From the sequence record MT023084.1: DNA of 49,832 nucleotides; one strand, 5' to 3'. Origin of the DNA: Citrobacter phage IME-JL8. Position 1 is the stretch's first letter, and each line of letters begins with the position of its first letter. Of the stretch, positions 18,700 through 28,662 are shown piece by piece. The notes beneath the pieces are model-generated. The model did no database searches. It was not told the DNA's origin and worked only from the letters and a program-made list of their open reading frames with translations. The position numbers were made by a program, and so were the translations under genes.

Positions 18700-19356
18700 T
18701 TATTCGGATGCAAGGTAAGTAAATTTACCTTTCAGGGAAACGGACAAGGAAACAGTTTCCATCTCGTTTACCTGCGTTTGTGGGATATCGTTAAACGACA
18801 GAACCCCAGCCCAAAGGCGCATTTCTTTAGCCTTCGGAACGAACATTCGAAGCGGCGTTACTTCGCCGGATTCGTCCAGACCGCGAAGGATCGGGTAAAT
18901 CGCGTTATCAAATTCGTGCGCGAAGCTGTAAGTAAGCGACACGGCAGATTTGAAGGTCGGTAACTGCTGTTCCTGATCGTCAGAAAGGCACTGGTAAGTG
19001 TAATACTGCTGCTCGCCGCCGTCCTGCCCGATATCCTGTACGCAAGGGATCTCAGTCCATGCGGTAACAGGTCGGAACGAAGCCGGGTTAGTACCTGTTG
19101 GGAATACGTTCGCGTTGGTAGTGTCGATACCCTCAAGCGTTACGCTTACATCTTCGGATACAGCCTTAACACGAAGGACGCGATCCAGAAGACGCCCCCA
19201 CGCGGCGGAAGTAACTAACACATATTGACCGACAGTTACGCCGGAAGTTGACGCAACATAGAAGACCGGATCGGCAGCGTTTGAAACGTTGGTTGCCTCG
19301 ATCTCAGCGCCCAGCGTGGAACCGATAAAAATTTGTGAACCATTAGGAAGGTGCAT
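18700..19356 (-). CDS. major tail tube protein
   Basis: position before chaperones, beta-rich, VSLKGKFTYLASE C-terminus. Confidence 0.75.
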   Translation of the reverse strand: MHLPNGSQIFIGSTLGAEIEATNVSNAADPVFYVASTSGVTVGQYVLVTSAAWGRLLDRVLRVKAVSEDVSVTLEGIDTTNANVFPTGTNPASFRPVTAWTEIPCVQDIGQDGGEQQYYTYQCLSDDQEQQLPTFKSAVSLTYSFAHEFDNAIYPILRGLDESGEVTPLRMFVPKAKEMRLWAGVLSFNDIPQTQVNEMETVSLSVSLKGKFTYLASE

Positions 19357-19368
19357 AATTGTAACTCC

Positions 19369-19779
19369 TTATTTTTTGTCTTTACGAACATAGAATCGGA
19401 CGGGATAAGACCAGCCGCCGAAAGATTTTTGTACCGGGTGAACCTTTCCACCGTCTACGATATAACAATCGTTAATCAGCATTTTACCATCTTCGAAAAA
19501 TTCCGCAATATCACGCGCTAACATTCTAACTTTATCCATTCCCAAACCCGGCGCGAAGTGGATAGAGATCTGAACCATTCCAACCGCGTATTTGCATTTG
19601 CGGGACAACCCGACGAATACCGTGTCCGCTTCTTTGTAGTCGAACTTCAGCCACGTAGAACCATCAGCGGGAGGATCGAACGGCACACTTTCGTAAGCAA
19701 CAGGAAAAACATATTCCGGGGCGCTATTAATGAAGTTGCTTAATTCATTACGCGCCGCAACTGCTAGATCATAGTGCAT
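19369..19779 (-). CDS. tail terminator-like protein
   Basis: MHYDLAVAARNELSNFINSAP...; position and size. Confidence 0.5.
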   Translation of the reverse strand: MHYDLAVAARNELSNFINSAPEYVFPVAYESVPFDPPADGSTWLKFDYKEADTVFVGLSRKCKYAVGMVQISIHFAPGLGMDKVRMLARDIAEFFEDGKMLINDCYIVDGGKVHPVQKSFGGWSYPVRFYVRKDKK

Positions 19780-20212
19780 TTTTAGCCCTCGATTGTCTGA
19801 TCGCGTCCGCCATGAAAGAGCGAAGGCGAATTGCCACCACGCCAACGACGCCAGCCGGGGCTTGTTTCGAATGCCCGTACTCAAGCGCATTAGCGTAAAT
19901 CAGCATGTTAGAAAAATAGATTGACGTTATAGCCGCGCCACGTCGAAGAGTGAATACGCTGGCTACACGCTTCCCGTATGCGATCGTTTGTCCGCCTGAT
20001 TTATCATATTGGTTTAGAGCGTACATAGGCGGAGCGTTAAAAGTTATCTGCCAGTTAGCTCTAAATCGCCCTGTATCGACCGGAGAACCCATTACTAACG
20101 CCTTGTGAACCTCTTCAATGAAGATTCGTAACGTGTCCTCTAAGCCGTTCCCAGCCGCTTTAATCCACGCGTCGATTGACGCGTGAAATTGCCGAATCTG
20201 ATAATTAGCCAT
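19769..20212 (-). CDS. head-tail joining / tail completion protein (gp10-type)
   Basis: FRANWQITF...GRRAAITSIYFSNMLIYANALEYGHSKQAP. Confidence 0.6.
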   Translation of the reverse strand: MANYQIRQFHASIDAWIKAAGNGLEDTLRIFIEEVHKALVMGSPVDTGRFRANWQITFNAPPMYALNQYDKSGGQTIAYGKRVASVFTLRRGAAITSIYFSNMLIYANALEYGHSKQAPAGVVGVVAIRLRSFMADAIRQSRAKNAL

Positions 20213-20591
20213 ACAGAGCCACCCTTCGCAAAATCGGGCGGTATGCGACGACAGTCCCGGACGGTTTAATCGGACGCGGGTCTACAACTTCATACTTCAC
20301 GCCGTCAACTACGATCCAGTTGCCTTTATGGATGTACTCTTCAAAGGTGAAGATTCCGCGCTTATCGTCTGCCCGAATGGTGTCGCCGTTAACGTCACGC
20401 GCCTGAATATCCCGGATAACTCCCTGAATGGTTAACACCTCTTCAGGCTGGACAACCTCGACGCCGTTTACCATCGTTACGCCGCCACCACGAATTAGCG
20501 TACATTCGCCACCGCCCAGCATAGGATCAGCAAAAAAGCCGATCCCGTCTTTCGCCAGTTTTTGCAATGCTGCATAGTTCATCGTCCGCAC
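20205..20591 (-). CDS. head-tail connector protein
   Basis: syntenic position; compact beta-rich protein. Confidence 0.45.
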   Translation of the reverse strand: MRTMNYAALQKLAKDGIGFFADPMLGGGECTLIRGGGVTMVNGVEVVQPEEVLTIQGVIRDIQARDVNGDTIRADDKRGIFTFEEYIHKGNWIVVDGVKYEVVDPRPIKPSGTVVAYRPILRRVALYG

Positions 20592-20992
20592 CCCCTACGA
20601 AGCCCTGTCATTAAACCCATACCGCCGCCACTCTTGCGAAGTAAAGCTCGGTACATTTTGCCCCACGGCGTTTGTTCAAGAACATCATTCGAAGTCGTCT
20701 TCGATACGTCGCCGAATGTTTGTGAAAATTCACCACTCAGGGAAAATGACGTTACACGGCGCGTCATTGATTCTACGCTTTCGGTTCCCTGTTTCATTGC
20801 CCCATCCAATACCATCAAATGAAGCGCATACAATGCAACGGCTTTATGATAGCGCGACTTGAATTTCGATTTGCAAACGTAGTCGCTTGCAAGGTCAATC
20901 CATACTTTGATTTGTGCCGGGTTAATGTTTTGCATTGGCGGAGCCAGCGCGACAAGGATCACATAGACTTCTTGCAATTCTTCTTCTGACAT
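20579..20992 (-). CDS. head completion adaptor-like protein (DUF4054-like)
   Basis: IWIDLASDYVCKSKFKSRYHKAVALYALHLMVLD. Confidence 0.55.
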   Translation of the reverse strand: MSEEELQEVYVILVALAPPMQNINPAQIKVWIDLASDYVCKSKFKSRYHKAVALYALHLMVLDGAMKQGTESVESMTRRVTSFSLSGEFSQTFGDVSKTTSNDVLEQTPWGKMYRALLRKSGGGMGLMTGLRRGCGR

Positions 20993-21042
20993 TTCATTAC
21001 CTCCAGATATGAAAAAGGGCGCATATAGCGCCCGGACTCGGT

Positions 21043-21348
21043 TTAGAATTCGCCGCCGTCTTCAAGTTCTTTTTGTGACTTGCCAGCGGTAGGATCTGGC
21101 TTACGTCGCGCTTCCATTCGTTCGCGGATTTCGTCGGTCGCGTCGCGGTCGTCTTTTATTTCTAACGCGCCTTGTCCGAAAAGGTATTCAATGCCGGAAG
21201 TCTTCAGAAGTTCGGCGGATACTTCCATTTCATCGCCCGGCATAAGCTTTTCGCCGTCAATGAAAATCAGCGCTACACCAGCATTAATGATTGCCACTTT
21301 GCCGGATTCGGTTACTTCGGATTTTGCTTTTTTGGTTTCTTTAGCCAT
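21043..21348 (-). CDS. hypothetical protein in the head gene cluster
   Basis: ORF with SD between capsid and adaptor genes. Confidence 0.5.
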   Translation of the reverse strand: MAKETKKAKSEVTESGKVAIINAGVALIFIDGEKLMPGDEMEVSAELLKTSGIEYLFGQGALEIKDDRDATDEIRERMEARRKPDPTAGKSQKELEDGGEF

Positions 21349-21409
21349 GTTGGTTTACTCCTGATAATAAAAAAGGGACTCAAATTAATGAGTCCCTATA
21401 TTAAGGCAA

Positions 21410-22387
21410 TTACTCGGTGACTGCAAGCCCGGTAATCAGGACAATCGTCAACGGACGGTAGATTGTCAGGCCAGTACATTTAGAAGTGCAAGGCACTTTG
21501 AAATGCAGGTCTTTCGGCTGTGCTGGCAGCATGTTAAACGCTTCCGGGATCTCGATAGACATATTCATCGGATCGTATTCGTAAACCAATGCGCCTTTTG
21601 TGCCGGAGCCGTCGATATCTTCCAACTCTGCGATCGCTTCGATGGTGATATTACCGTTTTGCTTCTGGAAATATTCAAGATAGCTTTCAGTAGTATCAGT
21701 CATGCGAACGGTCAGAACTTTACGCATAGACGGCGGAATCAGAATGTGGGTCGCGCGGTGTGCGCCCATAGTCAGCGTTTCGATGGTTTCGATTGCTGCG
21801 GTCAATTCTTCTTCTGCGTTTTCCGGCAGTTTAGTAGTAACGCCGCCAGTGGTAGAAGTCCAGCCCTTAGACGTAATCTTCGTAATGTTCGGATGATTGA
21901 ACACGCTTACGATTTTGTGCGGAGCGGAGCCTTTGAAGACCAGACGGTTTACAAGCTGATCATGCGCAAGCTGTGCCGCGTTCGCTTTGCGATTCGACAG
22001 AGATTTGCCAGTCGCTTGACCTGCTTTGATTTCGTCAATAGAAATCAGATACGCATTACCCAGGCGGAACACTTTACCGAATTCGCTTGATGCCATTGCA
22101 TCTACCAGCGGCAAATCATCGGTATAATCGGCGATAATTTGCGCGATACCGACTTTATCAAAAGTCTGATATTCGAAGGTTTTATCAACCGGGGAAAGGT
22201 CAGACGTAACCGGGAAAACGCGAAGTGCGGAGCCAGCCGGGTAATCTTTTTCGTAAGACTGCGACTTCAGCTTATTAAGTTCCTGCGCCGTCCAAATGCC
22301 TAGCGTGTCGGCGTCCGCTTTAGTGCCGCGCATTTGCAGGTGATTAGCAACGACGGAAGCTTCGAATTCATCATATTTTTTAGCCAT
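21410..22387 (-). CDS. major capsid protein (DUF2184-like)
   Basis: 325 aa, central head-gene position, TLTMGAHRATHILIPPSM. Confidence 0.75.
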   Translation of the reverse strand: MAKKYDEFEASVVANHLQMRGTKADADTLGIWTAQELNKLKSQSYEKDYPAGSALRVFPVTSDLSPVDKTFEYQTFDKVGIAQIIADYTDDLPLVDAMASSEFGKVFRLGNAYLISIDEIKAGQATGKSLSNRKANAAQLAHDQLVNRLVFKGSAPHKIVSVFNHPNITKITSKGWTSTTGGVTTKLPENAEEELTAAIETIETLTMGAHRATHILIPPSMRKVLTVRMTDTTESYLEYFQKQNGNITIEAIAELEDIDGSGTKGALVYEYDPMNMSIEIPEAFNMLPAQPKDLHFKVPCTSKCTGLTIYRPLTIVLITGLAVTE

Positions 22388-22429
22388 GTTTTCATTTCCT
22401 CTTATTGGTGAAAAGCCGTTAATTGATAA

Positions 22430-22475
22430 CGGCTTTATGATAGCACTTTTTGTTAAAGCGTCAAACTGTTTTTAT
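22430..22475 (-). promoter_or_regulatory. capsid promoter TTGACG-16-TATCAT with operator palindrome overlapping spacer and -10
   Basis: minus TTGACGCTTTAACAAAAAGTGCTATCAT; palindrome 22441..22455. Confidence 0.6.
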
Positions 22476-22476
22476 G

Positions 22477-23259
22477 TTATGGTTCGGGCGGCGCTTCCGT
22501 GACGGTAATCGGGCGCGTGATCGTGTACTTGCCGGAGTCGTTCGCCGTCCATACGATGTTAGTAGTGCCAGCCGCTACGCCAGTGATTAAACCCGTATCC
22601 TGATCTACCGTCGCGACGCCTTCGTCTTCCGAAGAGAATTTACCAGTTCGATCCGGCGCGGCTGGAGTGATAGCGATTAACCTTGCCTGAACGGTTGCCC
22701 CCACTTCGATCGAATTCGGGTTAATGTTCATTCCACCACTTTGCACAACCAAAAACGCGTTAATACCATGAACTAATTGCACCTCAAAGATTGCAACGTT
22801 AGGCTTGATAATCACTTTACCGCCAGTGAATCGCCAGTTAACCAGCGCCCCGCCAGAAGTGCCGACAGTGCCGTTTGTCTGGATGCGAACACGCTGTCCG
22901 AAAGTTGGCGTAATATCTGTATCATTACCGTAAACCCACACGCGACCATGCGTTACGACGTTAATCACATCGCCTACGTTATACATCGCGTAACCGTCCG
23001 CCGATTCATGCGGCGCATAGTGATGCGTCATTGCGATCCCGTATGGCACATTTTGAGTAGAGATCAGACTTTGACGAACGATTTTATGCCCGCCCGGATC
23101 TACTGACTCAACCCACACGGCGCAACCTGAAAAGACGTGTTCGCCGCCGACGCCTTCGCCCTGCCCGCCAACAACACAAGCGCCGTCGATGTTATAGTCC
23201 GACGTGTCGGAAAGACAGCCGGGAAAAGCTTTTAGAATGACGTTTCCGTAATCTGACAT
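22477..23259 (-). CDS. head decoration-like protein with C-terminal Ig-like (Big_2-type) domain
   Basis: ATVDQDTGLITGVAAGTTNIVWTAN; N-terminus paralogous to 23322..23798. Confidence 0.6.
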   Translation of the reverse strand: MSDYGNVILKAFPGCLSDTSDYNIDGACVVGGQGEGVGGEHVFSGCAVWVESVDPGGHKIVRQSLISTQNVPYGIAMTHHYAPHESADGYAMYNVGDVINVVTHGRVWVYGNDTDITPTFGQRVRIQTNGTVGTSGGALVNWRFTGGKVIIKPNVAIFEVQLVHGINAFLVVQSGGMNINPNSIEVGATVQARLIAITPAAPDRTGKFSSEDEGVATVDQDTGLITGVAAGTTNIVWTANDSGKYTITRPITVTEAPPEP

Positions 23260-23321
23260 ATTTTATTACCTCCAATAAAAAAGGGACTATCCGAAAGGAT
23301 AGCCCCCATATTAACGGTTAA

Positions 23322-23798
23322 TTACAGTTGCATCAACTGAATTTCTACCAGCTTCAGATCTTGATAAGTGGTGAAGCCGCCCGCGTAAGTCCACGTAGTT
23401 TCAATCGCGCCGTCTGCTTTCTGCTGTCCGTCAACGTCGAATTTAACAGGAGTACCGAACGCCGGGGCGGTGGAGTCTTTAGAGATAACCCAAACGCGAC
23501 CGGAAGTCATAACGTTTAGACCGCCGCCAGCTTCGTAATACATCTGGCCGTTTTTGCCTTTAGTCTGGAAGTGGGAACGAATCGCGATACCGTAAGGAAC
23601 GCCAGCCGCCGCCATTGGCTTCATAACTTTGTGACCGTCAACCGCTTGAACGCTGTCGATTTGAACCGCTACGCCGACAAGGATATCAACGTCACCATTC
23701 AGGACACAAGCGCCGTCAATGTTATATCGGGAAGTGTCCGCAACCATACCCGGAAGCGCGATCGCCATATCTTTCTGGTAGCTTGCTGCAATTGGCAT
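23322..23798 (-). CDS. head decoration-like protein, paralog of the preceding gene
   Basis: shared DTSxYNIDGACVL and VPYGIA motifs. Confidence 0.6.
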   Translation of the reverse strand: MPIAASYQKDMAIALPGMVADTSRYNIDGACVLNGDVDILVGVAVQIDSVQAVDGHKVMKPMAAAGVPYGIAIRSHFQTKGKNGQMYYEAGGGLNVMTSGRVWVISKDSTAPAFGTPVKFDVDGQQKADGAIETTWTYAGGFTTYQDLKLVEIQLMQL

Positions 23799-23811
23799 AA
23801 TTTAAATCTCC

Positions 23812-24918
23812 TTACTTGTTAAGTTTATTCAGGCGGGAATTCGGAGTCACTTCGGCTTCGTCTTCTTTTTTGCCCGGTTCGTTTGCTGCGTCGCCTTTGA
23901 TGCTTTGACGCTGTGACGCCATATTATCACAATCTTTCGCGAAGTCGAAGGCGTTATCGATATAAGCGTCGGATTTCTCGGAAACGTCCTTCCCGGTGAC
24001 AGCTTTCAGGAAAGCAACTTTGATCGCTTTGGCGTCCAGCCCGTCACATTTCACGCCAGCTTCGGAAGCGGTAGCAATTAGCGCGGTAAGTTCGGCGGCG
24101 TCGGCTTTGTGCTTTTCTACCGCTTCAGTAATCAGCGCCGGAATGCCGTCCACTTTAGTTTTCAGTAAATCGCGTTCCGCTTCCAGACCGTCGGCTTTTC
24201 CCTGAATAGTTGCTACTTCACCGTTAAGCTTTTCGATGTGCGCCGCTACGCTTTCCGGCACTTCCACTTCTACGGAGTCGATTTTAATTTTCTTCATTAC
24301 GTGATCCTCTTTGTTTGAATTAACGTCGTAATCATACGGGAATTCTTGTTCGCTATCAAGGTTTAATTTAGCGATTCCCGCGCGTCCTTTGAATACCATA
24401 GCAACATGATTCACGCGGATTTTTGTCTGTACGGCGTCGAACTTAACCCAGCCTTTCGGGATCACTTCGTTTTCTTTCATATCCTCTTCGAAGATATATT
24501 CGCCCGTTTCGTTGGAACCCCAACCCGGTTTTTCGATATCTTCGGACGTGTACCCGACAGACAGTTCCGCCGCCATTTTGCGCTTGGCCTTCTCGATCGC
24601 GCGTTGGCTGTAAATCGACATAGGCACTTCGACGCCGACGCCGTTCGGGATACCGTCGCCAGCGCATGAACCTACGACAACCTTTTCCGCGTTCTCAGGC
24701 GTTACGGTTACGTGACCGACCGTTACAGGCTTGCCCGCATACGTCGCCAGCGATTCAGGATCGAACACTTCTGACGCCGGGCGGAATTCTACGCGATCGC
24801 CGAATGGCGTTTTATAAGTCTGTGCGCCGATACGGGCGACAACCGGGCGATCGACTAAAAAGCCGTGTTCGTCAAAGTGGGCTTTGATCTTGACGCTATC
24901 GAATCTTTGCTTTGCCAT
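23812..24918 (-). CDS. DUF2213-like capsid maturation protease/scaffold
   Basis: DGFLVDRPVVARIGAQTY...PVTVGHV...ELSVGYT with a coiled-coil C-terminus. Confidence 0.75.
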   Translation of the reverse strand: MAKQRFDSVKIKAHFDEHGFLVDRPVVARIGAQTYKTPFGDRVEFRPASEVFDPESLATYAGKPVTVGHVTVTPENAEKVVVGSCAGDGIPNGVGVEVPMSIYSQRAIEKAKRKMAAELSVGYTSEDIEKPGWGSNETGEYIFEEDMKENEVIPKGWVKFDAVQTKIRVNHVAMVFKGRAGIAKLNLDSEQEFPYDYDVNSNKEDHVMKKIKIDSVEVEVPESVAAHIEKLNGEVATIQGKADGLEAERDLLKTKVDGIPALITEAVEKHKADAAELTALIATASEAGVKCDGLDAKAIKVAFLKAVTGKDVSEKSDAYIDNAFDFAKDCDNMASQRQSIKGDAANEPGKKEDEAEVTPNSRLNKLNK

Positions 24919-24921
24919 TAA

Positions 24922-25686
24922 TTAATCTCCTATCTGATTGAAATCTGGAACAACCCAGCAACGGCAACCGTATTCTTCGCCGGGGAATATGTGATTACTG
25001 TTTACCGGGATGCGCTTACCCTCCCATTTTACGTGTTTTTCACGTTCACGTAAATCCATCATTCCGCGCCAGAAGTAGTGGGTAACTTGTGCGTCCTTCA
25101 GGCGTTGACGCATCATTCGGCTGTTCCATGTAGTCACGATCCCGGATGCCCGATTACGCGCCCACGAAGAGTAAACCTTATAACGCTGATTGGTTTCTTC
25201 ATAAACCCTTTCGGCTTCGTAGCCGTTCGCCGCCGCGTCGCGTAGCTTCCCGGTAAAGTCGGTAATAATGTTCGCCGCGAATTTGCGTAATGATGTTTTC
25301 GTCTGCGCTTCCCATAGATCGTACTGTGGCGCGTACCAGCTTTCTCCCATATTAGCACCAATCAGGACAAGCAACATGACGGCCTGATTTTTTGAACCTC
25401 CAGCACTCTTTGCGATCTTAATCCACTGTTTCGCGTTGAACTTATAGATCGTGAACGCCAGCGCCGGAAGTGCCGCGAACATTGATTGCAACAGGTCTTC
25501 GGCGTAGTCAAGCAAGCTTCGCTCTACCTGCTCGATCTGGCCTTCGTCCGCATCCCATTTCATAGGATTTAAACTCTCCTGCATACGGGCGACAATCGCG
25601 CCCGTAAATTGCTCCATAGAGCGACTTAATTGTCGCTCGCTGGATTCAGGAAAGCGCCATGTTTTAGCGATTCCGTTAATCTTCAT
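24922..25686 (-). CDS. head morphogenesis protein (Mu F / SPP1 gp7-like)
   Basis: HVKWEGKRIPVNSNHIFPGEEYGCRCWVVP C-terminal motif. Confidence 0.8.
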   Translation of the reverse strand: MKINGIAKTWRFPESSERQLSRSMEQFTGAIVARMQESLNPMKWDADEGQIEQVERSLLDYAEDLLQSMFAALPALAFTIYKFNAKQWIKIAKSAGGSKNQAVMLLVLIGANMGESWYAPQYDLWEAQTKTSLRKFAANIITDFTGKLRDAAANGYEAERVYEETNQRYKVYSSWARNRASGIVTTWNSRMMRQRLKDAQVTHYFWRGMMDLREREKHVKWEGKRIPVNSNHIFPGEEYGCRCWVVPDFNQIGD

Positions 25687-26992
25687 TGTCTCCGCCTTCT
25701 TCGTTTTCGTGAATTACTTCACCGACTCCCGGTTCCTTTTCGGCCTTCTGTTGCTCTTCGGTGCGCTTCTTCAGTTCCGTGTGATTCAGGTCTTTAAGCT
25801 TAAACATCGGCGCGATAGATTGCAACGTGTCGCGGGCTTCTTCTAAATCAATCATCTGATCTTCCAGTGCGCCCCGGATAGACTCAACGTGATTTTTCGT
25901 AGTCTCGGACGCTTCCTTCTCTGAAGGCATGGAAAGCGGTTCGAACTCGACAGACCATTCCTGTTCGTGAATTACGAACGGCAAAAGGAATTCTAAGATC
26001 GGGCGGTAATGCTCTTCGCGCTGTCGGTCAATCAGCTTGTAAAACGTTTCTAGCGCCGTGTTCTGGCTTGCGCTAACGCCGCCGACGTTCTTGTTTTTCA
26101 AGATGATTTCATGAATGCCGGACAGTGACACAACACGATCGAACTTATTTTGCAGGAATTCAGAAACGCCGTTAACGTCAGAATTCAATACTTCGTATTC
26201 TTCGTCGTTCGCGTCAATACCGATCGCCTTACCTACGCCGGAATTATCATCCACCTGCGCCAGCCGCAAACGCGCCGCGTAAGCTGCTTCGTCGTCGTCG
26301 CACATTTCCGCAAGCCCTTTCACCTTCCATACTGCTTGTTGTTTACGGCGTAGAAGTTGCGTTGCCAGTTCTTCGCAATATTCGTAATCGTAAATCGCTT
26401 CAATCAGTGACTTGTTAAGGAATGGTGCGCCCCATCCGTTGTTACGCTTGCGCTGTTGTGGCGGAAGTCGTTCACCGTCTAGGATCTTGATTCGCGTATA
26501 GTGAACCTGATACGGCGTAAGACCATCGCCCGGACTAATTTCATAAAGGACAGGTTCGCCGTAACGGACGTTCCGCGCGTTGGTTTCTTTCTTCGCGATA
26601 GCAATTTGATCGCGATCGTAAACCCTGATTCCTTCCAGTACGCCGCCTTCTTTCGCTGGCGAAGTAAGCTTGCGCCCGTCGTTGATAATAGCCACGATCC
26701 CGGAACCGCCATAAAGACGACGCCACGCTAACGCATCAACGATTAGACCTTCGATTTCCAGATCGTCCCACACTGACCGGAACGCCGCTTCATCCTTAAC
26801 GCCGGAAACTTTAAAGCCGGGCGATACCATTTCTTCTGGAACAACGTCGATAATACGTCGCGCTAATCCGTTGTTTTCGTACATCCACCCCAGCCCGTAA
26901 GACTGCGCCCCGGTAACGTAAAACGGCTTCGGCGCGTTGTCGCCTCCGTTGTTGAAAATCTCGTTATACCCATCGTGCTTTACAATTTTCAT
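25676..26992 (-). CDS. portal protein (DUF1073-like)
   Basis: GLARRIIDVVPEEMVSPGFKVSG...LDYEYCEEL-like region; position next to terminase. Confidence 0.8.
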   Translation of the reverse strand: MKIVKHDGYNEIFNNGGDNAPKPFYVTGAQSYGLGWMYENNGLARRIIDVVPEEMVSPGFKVSGVKDEAAFRSVWDDLEIEGLIVDALAWRRLYGGSGIVAIINDGRKLTSPAKEGGVLEGIRVYDRDQIAIAKKETNARNVRYGEPVLYEISPGDGLTPYQVHYTRIKILDGERLPPQQRKRNNGWGAPFLNKSLIEAIYDYEYCEELATQLLRRKQQAVWKVKGLAEMCDDDEAAYAARLRLAQVDDNSGVGKAIGIDANDEEYEVLNSDVNGVSEFLQNKFDRVVSLSGIHEIILKNKNVGGVSASQNTALETFYKLIDRQREEHYRPILEFLLPFVIHEQEWSVEFEPLSMPSEKEASETTKNHVESIRGALEDQMIDLEEARDTLQSIAPMFKLKDLNHTELKKRTEEQQKAEKEPGVGEVIHENEEGGDNED

Positions 26993-27007
26993 TCTGTCTT
27001 TCCTCCA

Positions 27008-27035
27008 ATAAAAAAAGGCTGGAAAATTCCAGCCT
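27008..27035 (-). terminator. terminator hairpin directly ahead of portal SD
   Basis: minus AAGGCTGGAAttTTCCAGCCTTTTTTATT. Confidence 0.75.
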
Positions 27036-27049
27036 TAATTATACCCGCT

Positions 27050-28621
27050 TTATTTACGCTTTACCATTCCGGCTAAACGCTTCATTCGCTCGACAGGATC
27101 GTCGATTGTCAGAAGTTCGATGTTCGCCGCATCCATGAAGTTATCGACAATATCGTCGTGCGGGTGCGTATCGTCGTATGTGAACGCGCTATGCTCGGCG
27201 ATGATTTCGGACAGCATAGGGTGTTCTTCCGGTAGCACCACACGCCCGGCTTTGATTACTGGCTGCGCATCCATCGCGCGAGTAACTTTATCTTTGTTAC
27301 GCTGCAACGGCGTGATAGCAACAGGAGTTTTCTTCTCTAAGTTCTGGATCAAGCCCGTACCGCTGGCCTTATCTTCGACGTAAATCTTTCTCAGTACCCC
27401 CATTGATTTATTATGCCTCCACGCCGCGTTAACGAACGCTTTAAACTGCGTTTCCATTTCCGGCGCTTTCCATTTGCCGCGAACGCCGTCGATAAAGTAC
27501 ACCTTATCGTTTTTCTTACCCCATAAACAGAAGACAGTGTAGTCGTTTAGCTCGCCTGTTTTCTGCGCGGTATCGGCGGTAATGAAGCGGTAATCGAACT
27601 TGCCCGGTTCTGGTTCGTCGGCTTCTAAGCTGTTGCCGTAGTACGTCCACCACTCGGAATTAAACACCGCGCCGCCCAGCGCGATCGGACGCTGTTGATA
27701 CTGCGAATCAAAGGTGTATTGGTCGGCCTCACGTAGCGCCATTAAGTCGTGAACGGTTTCCTTTTCAGGCCAAAAGCTATAATGCTTAACGCCGTCGATT
27801 AGCACGTATTCAGACGAAAGCACATCCTTTTCGAAGTGCGGTTGTAACCATTCAGGAAGTGATTTCCCGTATTCCTCAGTTACTAGCGCCGGGATTGAAA
27901 TCTGATCGAATTCTATCCCCATCCCGCCGTTCATCATGAACCATGTAGAATCCTGTGCGTGTAAGCGCTGCTGTATGGCGATAATCGGCGTTTCGTTGTG
28001 CATTCGTCGGCTTCGGATTGTGTTCTTTAAAAGCGTATGTGTGCGCTCTCGTTTTACCTTCGAAAACATATCGTCCGGCTTGTCGATATCGTCAAGCATT
28101 ACCATACCGGAAAAGCCAGGAACCATATAACCGCCACGCGAACCAGTAATGCGACCGCCCGCCGCCGCTGAAATAAGCTCAAACCAGACCTTTCCCGCAT
28201 TGTTTAGCACCTGCATTTCTTCATCTTTCGACGTGCCGAACGCGCAAGGCCATAGCTCTTGGAATTCCGGCGAAGAAATGATTTCGCGGACTCGCTTACT
28301 GTTACGCTTTACAAGGCTGTCGGCGAATGACACATTCAAGTTTCTGACCTTCTTCAGCTTCAGCATTGCATAAACTGGCAAGTGGATCGAAAAGACTTCC
28401 GTTTTCCCCGAACCCGGAGTCACGTTAAAGATCGTGTTACCGCGTCGCCCGGCGATAATCTCTTCGACTTCGTGGCACAAGTAAAGGTGATGCCAGTTAG
28501 GTAAAAATTGCTGTGCCTGTATCAACTGGAACCAGATCCGAATCATCTTTTCGAAGCTGGCTTCCGACATTTTCTTGATCGCAAGCTTTTGTGTTGCGTC
28601 CAGTTCTTCCCAAATTAACAT
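27050..28621 (-). CDS. terL: terminase large subunit
   Basis: FNVTPGSGKTEVFS Walker A-like, YMVPGFSGMVMLDDIDKPDD, nuclease-like FRFITADTA and DDTHPHDDIVDNFMDA. Confidence 0.92.
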   Translation of the reverse strand: MLIWEELDATQKLAIKKMSEASFEKMIRIWFQLIQAQQFLPNWHHLYLCHEVEEIIAGRRGNTIFNVTPGSGKTEVFSIHLPVYAMLKLKKVRNLNVSFADSLVKRNSKRVREIISSPEFQELWPCAFGTSKDEEMQVLNNAGKVWFELISAAAGGRITGSRGGYMVPGFSGMVMLDDIDKPDDMFSKVKRERTHTLLKNTIRSRRMHNETPIIAIQQRLHAQDSTWFMMNGGMGIEFDQISIPALVTEEYGKSLPEWLQPHFEKDVLSSEYVLIDGVKHYSFWPEKETVHDLMALREADQYTFDSQYQQRPIALGGAVFNSEWWTYYGNSLEADEPEPGKFDYRFITADTAQKTGELNDYTVFCLWGKKNDKVYFIDGVRGKWKAPEMETQFKAFVNAAWRHNKSMGVLRKIYVEDKASGTGLIQNLEKKTPVAITPLQRNKDKVTRAMDAQPVIKAGRVVLPEEHPMLSEIIAEHSAFTYDDTHPHDDIVDNFMDAANIELLTIDDPVERMKRLAGMVKRK

Positions 28622-28662
28622 TATCGTGATCCTATAGGGCGGACTAGCCGCCCGGTTAACTG

